From the NCBI GenBank assembly GCA_964412585.1, contig CAYPPJ010000004.1, forward strand, positions 9,825 to 73,824: a stretch of 64,000 nucleotides of DNA, in the 5' to 3' direction. The notes below the pieces were generated by a model. It was not told the origin of the DNA, did not search any database, and was given only the letters and a program-made list of their open reading frames with translations. Shown here in pieces: positions 50,143 through 59,190 of the stretch. How positions within the stretch are numbered: the stretch's first letter is position 1; each line of letters starts with the position of its first letter. The DNA comes from an uncultured Candidatus Saccharibacteria bacterium. GTDB taxonomy: Bacteria; Patescibacteriota; Minisyncoccia; Phycocordibacterales; PALSA-1337. Both the position numbers and the translations under genes were made by a program.

Positions 50143-50155
50143 AGGGTAGACGAGA

Positions 50156-51208
50156 TTATGATGCGAGTGCTTCAATAATTCCACGAGCAACTTCAGACGC
50201 TTCCCATCCGACAATCTGTGCACCAACTTCTCTGGCCACTCCAACATCCGTCGAAACAATCTTGCACCCTGCTGCACGCGCCTCGACAAGCGTCATGCCA
50301 TATCCTTCAAATAAAGAAGTGACGAGAAATGCGTCACAGGTTTTATAATAGGAGAACAGTGTTGTCTGATTGGCCCATTGCTCAAATATAACGTTCGTAG
50401 TCACACCAAACGCTCCGACCTGGTTTTTGAGCGAAGATTCTTGACCACCACTACCAACGATAATCAGGCCAGCTTTTGGCATGCCATTCATCACCTGTTT
50501 CCAAGCATCAATGGCAAGCCCAACATTTTTTTCCTTTTCCAGACGAGCGGCAACCAAGACAATCTTTTCAAACTGCGGATATTTCTTGTGCAGGTCTGCA
50601 CCTTCAATAATCGGTGCATTTTTGATGTGTGTCGTATCGACCGCAACCGGACGTACCTCAATCTTTTCCGCGTCAATCTGTACTGTGTTGACCAAATAAT
50701 CCTTTATCTTGTTGGACACCACGCGAATATGATCGGCCCGAGGCAAGTATGAGAGCGCAAGAGTCTTACGGATCTTCCTCATGAGACTCGTAACGTAATA
50801 GGCGCTGCCAATGTCTTCATGAACCTGAATTTCCAACGGAATAGTGAACTTCTTTTTCAGTGATATACCAGCCATGGCGGTGAGTGATGAATCTTGGCAA
50901 GTAATCTCGGTAATGCCTCTTTTTTCAATCAAAAAAGACCCCAACGAAATAGCGTCAAATGGGTACATGAACTTGGCTCGCGAATCTGTCGAGTATGCCC
51001 AACAGTTTGGTGCAATGACAGTTTCTAATTTGGCATTTGAAATTTGTGACTTGTTTGAATATTGAAGTTTGGAATTTGCTTTTTTGAATACTATGATATG
51101 CACTTCATCCCACTGTTTCGCATATTCAACCTGGCGCGCCCGGACCGCGCTCCCTTCTTCGAAGATCTTCCTATCTGTCCCAATCATCAATAACCTTCGT
51201 GGCTGCAT
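50156..51208 (-). CDS. Glycosyltransferase family 4
   Basis: ARLEKEKN, SLFEGYGMTLVEA, STDVG. Confidence 0.9.
   Translation of the reverse strand: MQPRRLLMIGTDRKIFEEGSAVRARQVEYAKQWDEVHIIVFKKANSKLQYSNKSQISNAKLETVIAPNCWAYSTDSRAKFMYPFDAISLGSFLIEKRGITEITCQDSSLTAMAGISLKKKFTIPLEIQVHEDIGSAYYVTSLMRKIRKTLALSYLPRADHIRVVSNKIKDYLVNTVQIDAEKIEVRPVAVDTTHIKNAPIIEGADLHKKYPQFEKIVLVAARLEKEKNVGLAIDAWKQVMNGMPKAGLIIVGSGGQESSLKNQVGAFGVTTNVIFEQWANQTTLFSYYKTCDAFLVTSLFEGYGMTLVEARAAGCKIVSTDVGVAREVGAQIVGWEASEVARGIIEALAS
51027..51080. repeat. Degenerate 7-nt tandem repeat tract inside a GT4 gene
   Basis: AATTTGG CATTTGA AATTTGT GACTTGT TTGAA TATTGAA GTTTGGA ATTTGCT. Confidence 0.55.
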
Positions 51209-51209
51209 G

Positions 51210-52229
51210 CTATTTTTCCAGGTGAATCTTCATAATCTCACCAGCGATTTGTTCCCACGAATGAGCGAACGAAAGTGCTTGAACTTTGCGGGCCTGCTCG
51301 GCACGATGGTTCGGATCTGCAAGCCATACAATCTTCTCGACAATGTCTTTTTTACTTTTCGGATCAACAAATACAGCAGCATCCTTGATGAGATGAGTAA
51401 TACCATTTTCTTTGGTGACAATAAATGGGGTGCCAACTCGAACGGCATCGAGAATCATGTTCGGACTGATGTCTCCCAACGATGCCAAAATAACCGCATA
51501 CGATCGGTGTATCTTCTCAACAAAGCTGTCATACACCGCCTTACCACAGTCAAGCTCAATATCGGGCAACCCCAGTCGTTTGACCTCCATTCGCGCTTCC
51601 TCAAAAGCTTCTTTGACCAACTCTGTGTTTTTCCATTTGAGCGGACGCGCTCCAGCAACAAATGTGCGATTTTCAGGTTCAATAAATGCTTCACGCTTTC
51701 CGCAATAGTTTTCCACCAGACGACTTTTTTTCGTATCAAGTTTGTATGCGGGCTCAAAGATGCCCTTCTGCCAGTTAGTACTAAAAATAAGTCGGTGTGC
51801 ATTTCGCAGAGACGCTCCACCAAGTTTGAAAACTAACTTTTCTTTGCGGGATAATTTGTCCATCGATACGGCGTAAAAGTCCTTGAGGAACACCAAGTCC
51901 CCCGTACGTTCGACATATGACTCCCACAAAAAATCACCACCAGTCCTTAATGAGTATTTTTTGTGCATCAGCTTGCAGGCATACATGGCTGGCACAGCGG
52001 CTGACCAAGTATCGAGTACCAAGATAAGATCGGCATTCCAGCCTTTGCGTATAATCTTAAGAAAATAAAAAATGTGGCGGACCAATGGAGGAAAGGCGCG
52101 TTCCCAGCGGTAGGCAGCAACTTTGACGTCATGACCTTGCTTTTTCCAGGTCTCGTAGAGATTGCGGGCGTATTGGGCGGGACCACCGATATCGGGCGGA
52201 TATATACCTGAAGCAATGAGGATTTTCAT
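51210..52229 (-). CDS. Glycosyltransferase family 4
   Basis: MKILIASGIYPPDIGGPAQY, GGDFLWE, DISPNMILDA. Confidence 0.85.
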   Translation of the reverse strand: MKILIASGIYPPDIGGPAQYARNLYETWKKQGHDVKVAAYRWERAFPPLVRHIFYFLKIIRKGWNADLILVLDTWSAAVPAMYACKLMHKKYSLRTGGDFLWESYVERTGDLVFLKDFYAVSMDKLSRKEKLVFKLGGASLRNAHRLIFSTNWQKGIFEPAYKLDTKKSRLVENYCGKREAFIEPENRTFVAGARPLKWKNTELVKEAFEEARMEVKRLGLPDIELDCGKAVYDSFVEKIHRSYAVILASLGDISPNMILDAVRVGTPFIVTKENGITHLIKDAAVFVDPKSKKDIVEKIVWLADPNHRAEQARKVQALSFAHSWEQIAGEIMKIHLEK

Positions 52230-52254
52230 AGGATTAAGTCTAGCACATCCCGCT

Positions 52255-53436
52255 TTAGACCACGTCCTTGAAAAGAGCCAGCATCTGGGATGAAATATTT
52301 TTCCAATCATAACGCGCCACAACCATTTCCTGTGCATTTTTGACGATATAATCGCGTGACTCCTTATCCTTGATTAATTTTTCAACCTTTTGCGCGACCG
52401 ATTGTGGGTTGTTCACTTCACAAAAAAGTCCCGTTTGGCCATCTACAAGAAAATCAGGAATACCACCAACGGGTGTGGCTATTACTGGAATACCTGCTGC
52501 CATTGCTTCCAGAAATGAATTGCCCAACCCTTCGGATAATGAAGGACGCACAAAGATGTCAGCAACATGAAGATATGGAGGCAATTCTTTTTGAGGTATA
52601 TAGCCGATGAATGTCACGCGATCTTCAATCTTCAATTGTGCGACCAGCGCCTTGAGCTCGTTCTCCAGGTGGCCACTTCCGATACTGACAAACTTCACGT
52701 TCTTTGGAAGAAGGGTCAAAGACTTCAGGATATCAGCCACGGCATTTTTCAGTACCAGTCGGCCGGTGGTTATCAACAAAATATCTCCCTCTTGTTTATT
52801 GAGTGAACGTTTCAACTCAGATGCCTCTGCGACTGAAATTTCTTCGGCAAAAAATCGAACATCAACACCATTTGGCGTGACCACAATCGGACACGTTGCA
52901 CCCAAGCTTTTGGCCCAATCAGCAAGATACGTCGAAATAGTTTGAATATAGTCAGAAACCTTAAACAATTTTTTGAAAAATGGATAAGTAATCCCAACAC
53001 GCTTCCGAATATGAGCGAACGGATCCCCTTCCTGCAGTGTCAAAATAAGTTTCACCTCGCGATGCATGAGTTTGAAAAATAACGCCGGGCCACTCGCATA
53101 ATTTGCCATGATACACCACGTCGCATGATACTTTCTTGTGGCATGAAGCTGCAATGCTTTGAGTAAAGCAAGCGGCATAAAAAGATATTTGAGTGCATAC
53201 AACAGTGGCGAACGCGTACTGCCCTTCCAACGCGGACCAACTCGATATACGTTGATATTGCCAACGCGCTCGAATTTCAAGGCCTCGGTACGCATCGTAA
53301 TCATGTCAAAATCCACTTCTTCAGGAGAAATGCGCCTGGTGATTTCTTCAACCGCAACCTCGGCACCACCGACAAAACGGTGGTAATACATGAGTGAAAA
53401 GATGAGGATGCGACGCGGCTTTTCCGGAGTGGTCAT
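52255..53436 (-). CDS. Glycosyltransferase family 4
   Basis: GGAE, PNGVD, RPSLSEGLGNSFLEAMAAGIPVIATPVGGI. Confidence 0.93.
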   Translation of the reverse strand: MTTPEKPRRILIFSLMYYHRFVGGAEVAVEEITRRISPEEVDFDMITMRTEALKFERVGNINVYRVGPRWKGSTRSPLLYALKYLFMPLALLKALQLHATRKYHATWCIMANYASGPALFFKLMHREVKLILTLQEGDPFAHIRKRVGITYPFFKKLFKVSDYIQTISTYLADWAKSLGATCPIVVTPNGVDVRFFAEEISVAEASELKRSLNKQEGDILLITTGRLVLKNAVADILKSLTLLPKNVKFVSIGSGHLENELKALVAQLKIEDRVTFIGYIPQKELPPYLHVADIFVRPSLSEGLGNSFLEAMAAGIPVIATPVGGIPDFLVDGQTGLFCEVNNPQSVAQKVEKLIKDKESRDYIVKNAQEMVVARYDWKNISSQMLALFKDVV

Positions 53437-53456
53437 ACCTTCATACTTCCACATAT

Positions 53457-55430
53457 TTACTCGACTTTCAACACCTGTTTGAGGACGTCCTCAGGAACTT
53501 CTGCAGGCTTTTGTTGTGATGGTTGATTTGGTTGTTGAGCCGGCTGAGAAGCTGGTACGTGTGGTTTTGGTTGAAGTGGAGGTGGCGCCGTCGGCTTAAC
53601 CTGAACTGGATCTACTTTCGCAATCGGTTTTAAATTCTTAAGCGAAGAAAGGGACTGGAAACCATCATCTGGCGGCAAATTCGCAGCCGCAGGAGCTACA
53701 GGCGTTTTCGCTGGCGTAGAAGGTGTAGAAGTTGCCTTTGGTGCCACGGCACTCGCCTGGGCTTTAGATTTACCCAGCGCAGCGGCCAGAGCATTCTTGA
53801 GATCATTTACATTCTGCGGCGAGGGAATCTTCGGATCTTGCTTTGTTGCCAGTGGCTTTGGGGCCAAGGTCGAAAGTGAAACAGGTTTTACCGGTTGTGG
53901 AGCAGGAGCAGATGCAGGAAGAATAGGCGCAGAAACAACTGGTGCAGGTTTCGCAATCAAGGCGGGCGCAGGTCTTGGATTTGCGGGAGCTGGCTGTGGT
54001 GTCGAACTGGATACAGGAGGTACAGCTGGCGCGGGTTTTGCCGAGCTCGCTGCCACCATATCAGATGCCGAAAGACGTGGCGGCGTTGCGGGTGCAGGGG
54101 GCGCCACGGCCGTCTTCTTTGCAGGCACGGACGGTTCATGGAATTTGACGATCTCAATCTCGACCTGTTCACGCGGTCGCGCAAACTGGGCTCGCGAAGA
54201 GTCGATAATCTCTTTGACATACGATGTATCTGGATGCGGAATCGGGCCAAGCGTACGCGCAGAAAATGGCGCCGATCCGAGTCCATCAATCATGAGTTTG
54301 AGGTAAATCTGCGCAAACCCGAGATTGACCAGATCTTCCATGGTGAATGTTGGCGCAAACTCTTTTTCCAACAACTCCGCATCAGTAGCTCCCACGCGGA
54401 ACGTGATCATTGTGCCAACGTTACCGAAAACAGCCGGACGCACCACTTCGTCCATTTGCTCTACATATTGGTGTGCAATCGTAAGGTTCAATTTGTATTT
54501 ACGAGCCTCCGAGAGAATATCGGCAAACGATGCATTAGCAAAGTTTTGGAATTCATCCACAAAGAGATAAAAGTTCGGCAACATCTGCATGACGCGATCA
54601 GAGACATCAGCACGAGACATGGCAGCTAGATACATCTTAGTCACCAAGAGACCGCCAAGCAATTTCATATTCTCATCACCAATCCTTCCCTTTGAAAGGT
54701 TTATGATGATAATTTTTCGGCTATCCATAGCTTCACGGAAATCAAAAGATGATACCGGCTGACCAATCATGTTGCGGATCAGTGGATTTGCAGTAAATTG
54801 ACCAACCTTGTTTTGAATAGACGGCACAGCTTCAGCCGCCATACGCTCAGTATAGTTCGCAAATTCTTTTACCCAAAATGATTTGACCGACGGATCGGTG
54901 ATATGCGAAACAATCTCTTTACGATACTCCTTGTCTGACAACATGCGATTCACCCCCAGCAGTGTAGTATTCGGAGCTTCGAGCAATGCCAACAGTGTGT
55001 TGGTCAAAATATATTCCATGCGCGCTGACCAGGCATCCACCCATATCTTTTTGAAGGTGCTCATCAATCCAGAGACGACAAGGTGGCGCTTGGTCGGATC
55101 AACACTTTCAAGGACGTTAAATGAAATAGGAAAATCCACATCGAATGGCGCAATGTGAATAACGTCTTTGATGCGTTCTTGTGGAACGTATTCGAGCAGA
55201 AGATCGGCCGTTTTGCCGTGAGGATCGATGAAGGCCATACCTTCACCATTTTGAATATCTTGCACAGCCATATTCTCAAGCAGAGTCGACTTTCCCATAC
55301 CCGTCTTTCCGATAACGTAGACGTGTTTGGTGCGGTCCTTGGCCTTGATGCCGAACTTCATCCGCTTGTTGCGGGCATCAGTTTCGGCAAAATATGTTAT
55401 GCGATTCTCATCGTTGGGAACGGGGATCAT
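53457..55430 (-). CDS. VirD4/TraD/HerA-like P-loop ATPase with long Pro/Ala-rich tail
   Basis: HVYVIGKTGMGKS, IDPHG, YLFVDEFQNF, SEARKY, AHQY, GNVGT. Confidence 0.88.
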   Translation of the reverse strand: MIPVPNDENRITYFAETDARNKRMKFGIKAKDRTKHVYVIGKTGMGKSTLLENMAVQDIQNGEGMAFIDPHGKTADLLLEYVPQERIKDVIHIAPFDVDFPISFNVLESVDPTKRHLVVSGLMSTFKKIWVDAWSARMEYILTNTLLALLEAPNTTLLGVNRMLSDKEYRKEIVSHITDPSVKSFWVKEFANYTERMAAEAVPSIQNKVGQFTANPLIRNMIGQPVSSFDFREAMDSRKIIIINLSKGRIGDENMKLLGGLLVTKMYLAAMSRADVSDRVMQMLPNFYLFVDEFQNFANASFADILSEARKYKLNLTIAHQYVEQMDEVVRPAVFGNVGTMITFRVGATDAELLEKEFAPTFTMEDLVNLGFAQIYLKLMIDGLGSAPFSARTLGPIPHPDTSYVKEIIDSSRAQFARPREQVEIEIVKFHEPSVPAKKTAVAPPAPATPPRLSASDMVAASSAKPAPAVPPVSSSTPQPAPANPRPAPALIAKPAPVVSAPILPASAPAPQPVKPVSLSTLAPKPLATKQDPKIPSPQNVNDLKNALAAALGKSKAQASAVAPKATSTPSTPAKTPVAPAAANLPPDDGFQSLSSLKNLKPIAKVDPVQVKPTAPPPLQPKPHVPASQPAQQPNQPSQQKPAEVPEDVLKQVLKVE

Positions 55431-55471
55431 ACCCCACGATTATATCATGCCTACAGATGATTTTAATAGAT

Positions 55472-55505
55472 AAAAAGAACACCTCCTGCCTTGCGGCCGG
55501 AGGTG
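55472..55505 (-). terminator. Intrinsic terminator
   Basis: CACCTCC/GGAGGTG stem followed by TTCTTTTT on the minus strand. Confidence 0.65.
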
Positions 55506-55535
55506 GTGGGAGCCCAAAGAATGGGCCCAGACTGA

Positions 55536-55904
55536 TTATTTCGTGTGCGGCTTGGTCCGTTCTGGGTCGAGCCGAAGGTTCATCGCGGCATCGTGATCGG
55601 CGCCGAACGAATGGGTCAAGGTCCGAGTGGCGTTCGTGCGCTGTTCACCCAGACTTTCACGGAGCTTCTTCTCATCATCCGTCAGGAAGTTCAAGGGAAC
55701 TGCCATCAGTTCGTCCGGATGAGCCTTGAAGAGCTTGAACCGACGCTCGAGGGTGGCGTCATCCAAGCCCGTCCACCGACGGTTGAACAGTTCGTGACGT
55801 TTTTCTTGTTCAACTTGCCACGCCGGCTTTCCATTTTTCATTCCGAGGATGGCCGCCAGATTTGACGCACCATGAACTCGTCCCGCTGCCTGTGCTTGTA
55901 CCAT
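55536..55904 (-). CDS. Hypothetical protein (122 aa)
   Basis: ATG at 55904 after an A/C-rich leader; own promoter (TTGCGC-16-TAGTAT near 56040-56067) and terminator. Confidence 0.6.
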   Translation of the reverse strand: MVQAQAAGRVHGASNLAAILGMKNGKPAWQVEQEKRHELFNRRWTGLDDATLERRFKLFKAHPDELMAVPLNFLTDDEKKLRESLGEQRTNATRTLTHSFGADHDAAMNLRLDPERTKPHTK

Positions 55905-56092
55905 TTTTCTTGTGTGTGTTGACCGAGTTTGCAACACGACCTCGAAAACTTTTTTATTTGAGGTATCGTGCTGGGACACTGCACTCAAGGAGGAAAATCA
56001 GCAACACGAGTCGCTGACGAGAGCTATGTCCGGTATAAAATACTACCACTTATACCAAAAAGCGCAAGTAGTATCAATAACTGTAAACAGCT

Positions 56093-56204
56093 AGCACACA
56101 GGGGCGCACACCTCCTCTTTCTTGAAGTGTAGAATGGTTTCACGTACTCGGCACACCACATCGTTTACACGCAAAGAAAGAAGAGGTGTGCGCCCCTGTG
56201 TGCT
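56093..56204. repeat. Long palindromic element 2 (22-bp perfect inverted repeat, extending to ~31 bp)
   Basis: AGCACACAGGGGCGCACACCTC (56093-56114) pairs with 56183-56204; core GCACACCACATCGTTTA is shared with element 1. Confidence 0.85.
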
Positions 56205-56209
56205 TTGTT

Positions 56210-57499
56210 TTATTTCTTCAACAATGCATTCTTGTCATACACACTCGCTGCATTCCACAGCATCCAGCTCGTTAGTCCAACATCATATGTTGCCTGAATC
56301 TGTTTGCGGACCATTTCTGGCGTATATATCGCGCCCAGGTCAAACGCCTGCAACCATGGTCTCAACTTATTTTTGTCATACGTCTTTTTTGTATACAGCT
56401 GAGGACTTGTTGACGCGATCGGTTCTTCTGCGAGCAACAAAGATTTTGTCGTTGTTGAAAGTGCTTTTTTAACCGCACTCGACATCGACGAATAAATAAT
56501 CTCGTACGGATGCTGGGCAGGTTTTGCATAGCCATCAAAGCCTGGACCAAAATGAGATGGATAGACCATTGGTGCCACATAATCAAATGAATCAAGTGCG
56601 TACTCGAGTATCTGTCCGATACCCAAGTCGCCTTCCGCACTAGTCGTCAGGCCGAATAGGTCAGCTGATATTGGGATGCCAGAGCCAACAAACTCATGGT
56701 GCATAAATGCGTAAAAATCTTTGATGATCTCCGTTCGTTGACGCCCTTCGGCCCAGCTGTATGAAATGTCCTCCAAATTTCCATCTGATGGAAAACGAAT
56801 GTAATCGAAGTTAAGCTCATCAAATCCGGCAGCATACGCTTCACGACCAATACGCGCAGCATATTCCCACACCGGCTTGGCTCCCGCATCAAGCCATTTG
56901 ACTCCTTTGAAATCTTTCCAAACCCCCCCTTCTTTTGTTTTGACTGCCCACTCAGGATGCACATTCATCATGTATGAATCTTGAAATACTGAGATACGCC
57001 CGATAACATAGACGTTCTTTTTGTGGAGCTTATCAATAAACTCTTTGATATCCGGAATACGATTTTCTGATGCTCCAATCTTCGCTAGTTCTGGATCCTC
57101 AACGTTGAAACTGATGCGTCCTGTGTAATCTTTGACATCTATCACCACAGCATTTACCTCGGTAGTATCGACAAGATCAAACAAGTGAGGACGAAACTTT
57201 GAACTTCCCGCCGCCCAGCTCGACATGTAGATACCTTTGAGCGGTTCAGGCGTATTGACATGAGTAACCACAAACGCTGGCGGCGTTGTCGAAGCAGTCG
57301 CCAAAGTCGAAGAGGCGTTGAGGACAGTTGCCGTTGTTGATGTGGCAGCCAACGACCCATTGAGTCCGATTGAGGAGTATGAAATAGAGCCCATTGGCAA
57401 AAACCATGCAACAAAGAAGCCTGCAACTACTATGACAAAAGCGGCGAAAATAATCGTCGTCGCCCGAGTCGCGCCGATCTCACGCCACAACTCTCTCAT
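56210..57499 (-). CDS. Membrane-anchored putative glycoside hydrolase (DUF4015-like)
   Basis: KGIYM, NAVVIDVKD, RISVFQD, GFDELNFDYIRFPSDG, PMVYPSH, RPWLQAF, WNA. Confidence 0.85.
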   Translation of the reverse strand: MRELWREIGATRATTIIFAAFVIVVAGFFVAWFLPMGSISYSSIGLNGSLAATSTTATVLNASSTLATASTTPPAFVVTHVNTPEPLKGIYMSSWAAGSSKFRPHLFDLVDTTEVNAVVIDVKDYTGRISFNVEDPELAKIGASENRIPDIKEFIDKLHKKNVYVIGRISVFQDSYMMNVHPEWAVKTKEGGVWKDFKGVKWLDAGAKPVWEYAARIGREAYAAGFDELNFDYIRFPSDGNLEDISYSWAEGRQRTEIIKDFYAFMHHEFVGSGIPISADLFGLTTSAEGDLGIGQILEYALDSFDYVAPMVYPSHFGPGFDGYAKPAQHPYEIIYSSMSSAVKKALSTTTKSLLLAEEPIASTSPQLYTKKTYDKNKLRPWLQAFDLGAIYTPEMVRKQIQATYDVGLTSWMLWNAASVYDKNALLKK

Positions 57500-57810
57500 G
57501 AGGACATTGAATCAGAGCTGCTAATCGTGCTTGTCGTTCCTGATGACGTCAAAGCTGGAGCAGTATCGGCGGTATTCATCGATTCGGACGTTGAAACCTT
57601 CTGTCCCGAAGGTTTTGGTGATTTGTGTTCAGTGTACGTCACCCGTTCCGATGCAACCGGTTTTGCTGGTGGTTTAAATTTGAATGCAATGATAATAATC
57701 AGCACACCAACGACCAACCCAAAAATTTTATCCCACTCTGGCGGAAATCCAAGAAACAAAAATACCATAACCCAGACACCCAGTATGATAAGAAATTGGC
57801 GTTTTGACAT
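57496..57810 (-). CDS. Small two-TM membrane protein
   Basis: MSKRQFLIILGVWVMVFLFLGFPPEWDK; ATG at 57810 preceded by TATACT; overlaps the next gene's start. Confidence 0.7.
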   Translation of the reverse strand: MSKRQFLIILGVWVMVFLFLGFPPEWDKIFGLVVGVLIIIIAFKFKPPAKPVASERVTYTEHKSPKPSGQKVSTSESMNTADTAPALTSSGTTSTISSSDSMSS

Positions 57811-57861
57811 GTGGCTAGTATAGCGCAAAGTGCTATGATTGTGCCAGAAGTCACATCTGCC

Positions 57862-58302
57862 ATGAAAACATCGAGCTCCCTTCTCATTGAGCCTGATGTC
57901 ATCCCCTTCTATAGAACGGAGGCGGTAGTCAGGCTGTACAAACGGCAAATCTGGTACGCTGGATTTTGCTGGAAAATACGCTTTGGCGAAAAATCGATTC
58001 GACTCTGGATCGACCCGTACATCAAATTCGGACTCGGCCATCAAGCTATTCCAGGCTATCCGGACACCTGTCTATTCAGTGAAAAAGATTGGGTCCTTCC
58101 AGATAGTCTGAGAACCAACGAGCGTCCTTTTGAACTAGCACACTGCGTTCCTGTTCACACGGAGCATCAGGACCCCAGAGTGCTCATCTGCTCATTCACC
58201 GACGGAACACTGATCATATCCCAGCGATACGATGATATGCGTATGGCTCGTGATCAATTCCACATTCACCCGATCGACGTCTTTGATCGTCACACACGTT
58301 AG
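57862..58302 (+). CDS. Hypothetical protein
   Basis: 146-aa ORF from ATG 57862 filling the gap; GC hairpin and T run after the stop. Confidence 0.5.
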   Translation: MKTSSSLLIEPDVIPFYRTEAVVRLYKRQIWYAGFCWKIRFGEKSIRLWIDPYIKFGLGHQAIPGYPDTCLFSEKDWVLPDSLRTNERPFELAHCVPVHTEHQDPRVLICSFTDGTLIISQRYDDMRMARDQFHIHPIDVFDRHTR

Positions 58303-58351
58303 CCGCGGCATCGTCTGGCGAGCGCGGCCATTTTATATAGCTCTCAACAAT

Positions 58352-59065
58352 CTATTTCGATACCATAACAACAAACTCTCCTTTTATTTTTTCGGGATGT
58401 TCTTCAAAATAATCAGCAACTTCCTTTGCAGTTCCCTGCACAACCTCTTCAAATATTTTGGTCAGTTCGCGACAAATAGTAACTTGCTTTGGCGCCGAGT
58501 TATCCGAATTGCCACTCAGATGTTCCTGGAGACTGACCAGTGTTTTCATAATACGGTGTGGCGATTCGTAAAATACCATTGTCCGTTCTGCAGCAGCAAT
58601 CTCTTTGAATAATGTCTCGCGTCCCTTTTTATGTGGTAAAAAACCAAGAAACGTAAAGTCGGCACAGGATACGCCCGCGATCGAAAGTGCCGAAGTAAGC
58701 GCTGATGGACCAGGAATAGCTTCAATCTTAATTTCTTTATTCCTAATCTCATTTGCCAATTCATGACGGACCCTCTTCACGAGCTCCGAACCAGGATCGG
58801 AAATTCCGGGTGTGCCAGCATCGGAAACCAGTGCTAGATTTTTTCCTTCTTTCAAAGAGACAATAATTTCATCGACACGCGACAGTGTGCTGTGTGCATG
58901 ATATGAAATGGTCTTTTTGTTGAGTGAATGATGATCCAAAAGTTTTTTTGTGACGCGTGTATCCTCACAGAGAATGATGTCAGCAGCAGCAAGTACGTTC
59001 AATGCGCGCAGTGTGATATCTTCGAGGTTACCTATAGGCGTCGCAATAATGGAGAGAGTAGACAT
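58352..59065 (-). CDS. rsmI: 16S rRNA (cytidine1402-2'-O)-methyltransferase
   Basis: ATPIGNLEDITLRAL, CEDTRVT, VSDAGTPGISDPG, YESPHR, RELTKIFEE, KGEFV. Confidence 0.97.
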   Translation of the reverse strand: MSTLSIIATPIGNLEDITLRALNVLAAADIILCEDTRVTKKLLDHHSLNKKTISYHAHSTLSRVDEIIVSLKEGKNLALVSDAGTPGISDPGSELVKRVRHELANEIRNKEIKIEAIPGPSALTSALSIAGVSCADFTFLGFLPHKKGRETLFKEIAAAERTMVFYESPHRIMKTLVSLQEHLSGNSDNSAPKQVTICRELTKIFEEVVQGTAKEVADYFEEHPEKIKGEFVVMVSK

Positions 59066-59190
59066 GACTGCAGTGTATACGGAGATGAGAAAAATGCAAG
59101 AATCTACTCCGCATGACGTCCACAATTTCGTAATATCTCAAGCGTTCGGTCAATTAGAATAATCTTGTTTTATCTGCTACATTAAACCTC

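Noticed and set aside
51069-54629. Long antisense ORFs (255, 169 and 244 aa)
   Set aside because: Fully overlap well-supported genes; two mirror the low-complexity Pro/Ala tail.
53457-55430. Conjugative element or ICE
   Set aside because: No relaxase, VirB genes, integrase or att sites seen.
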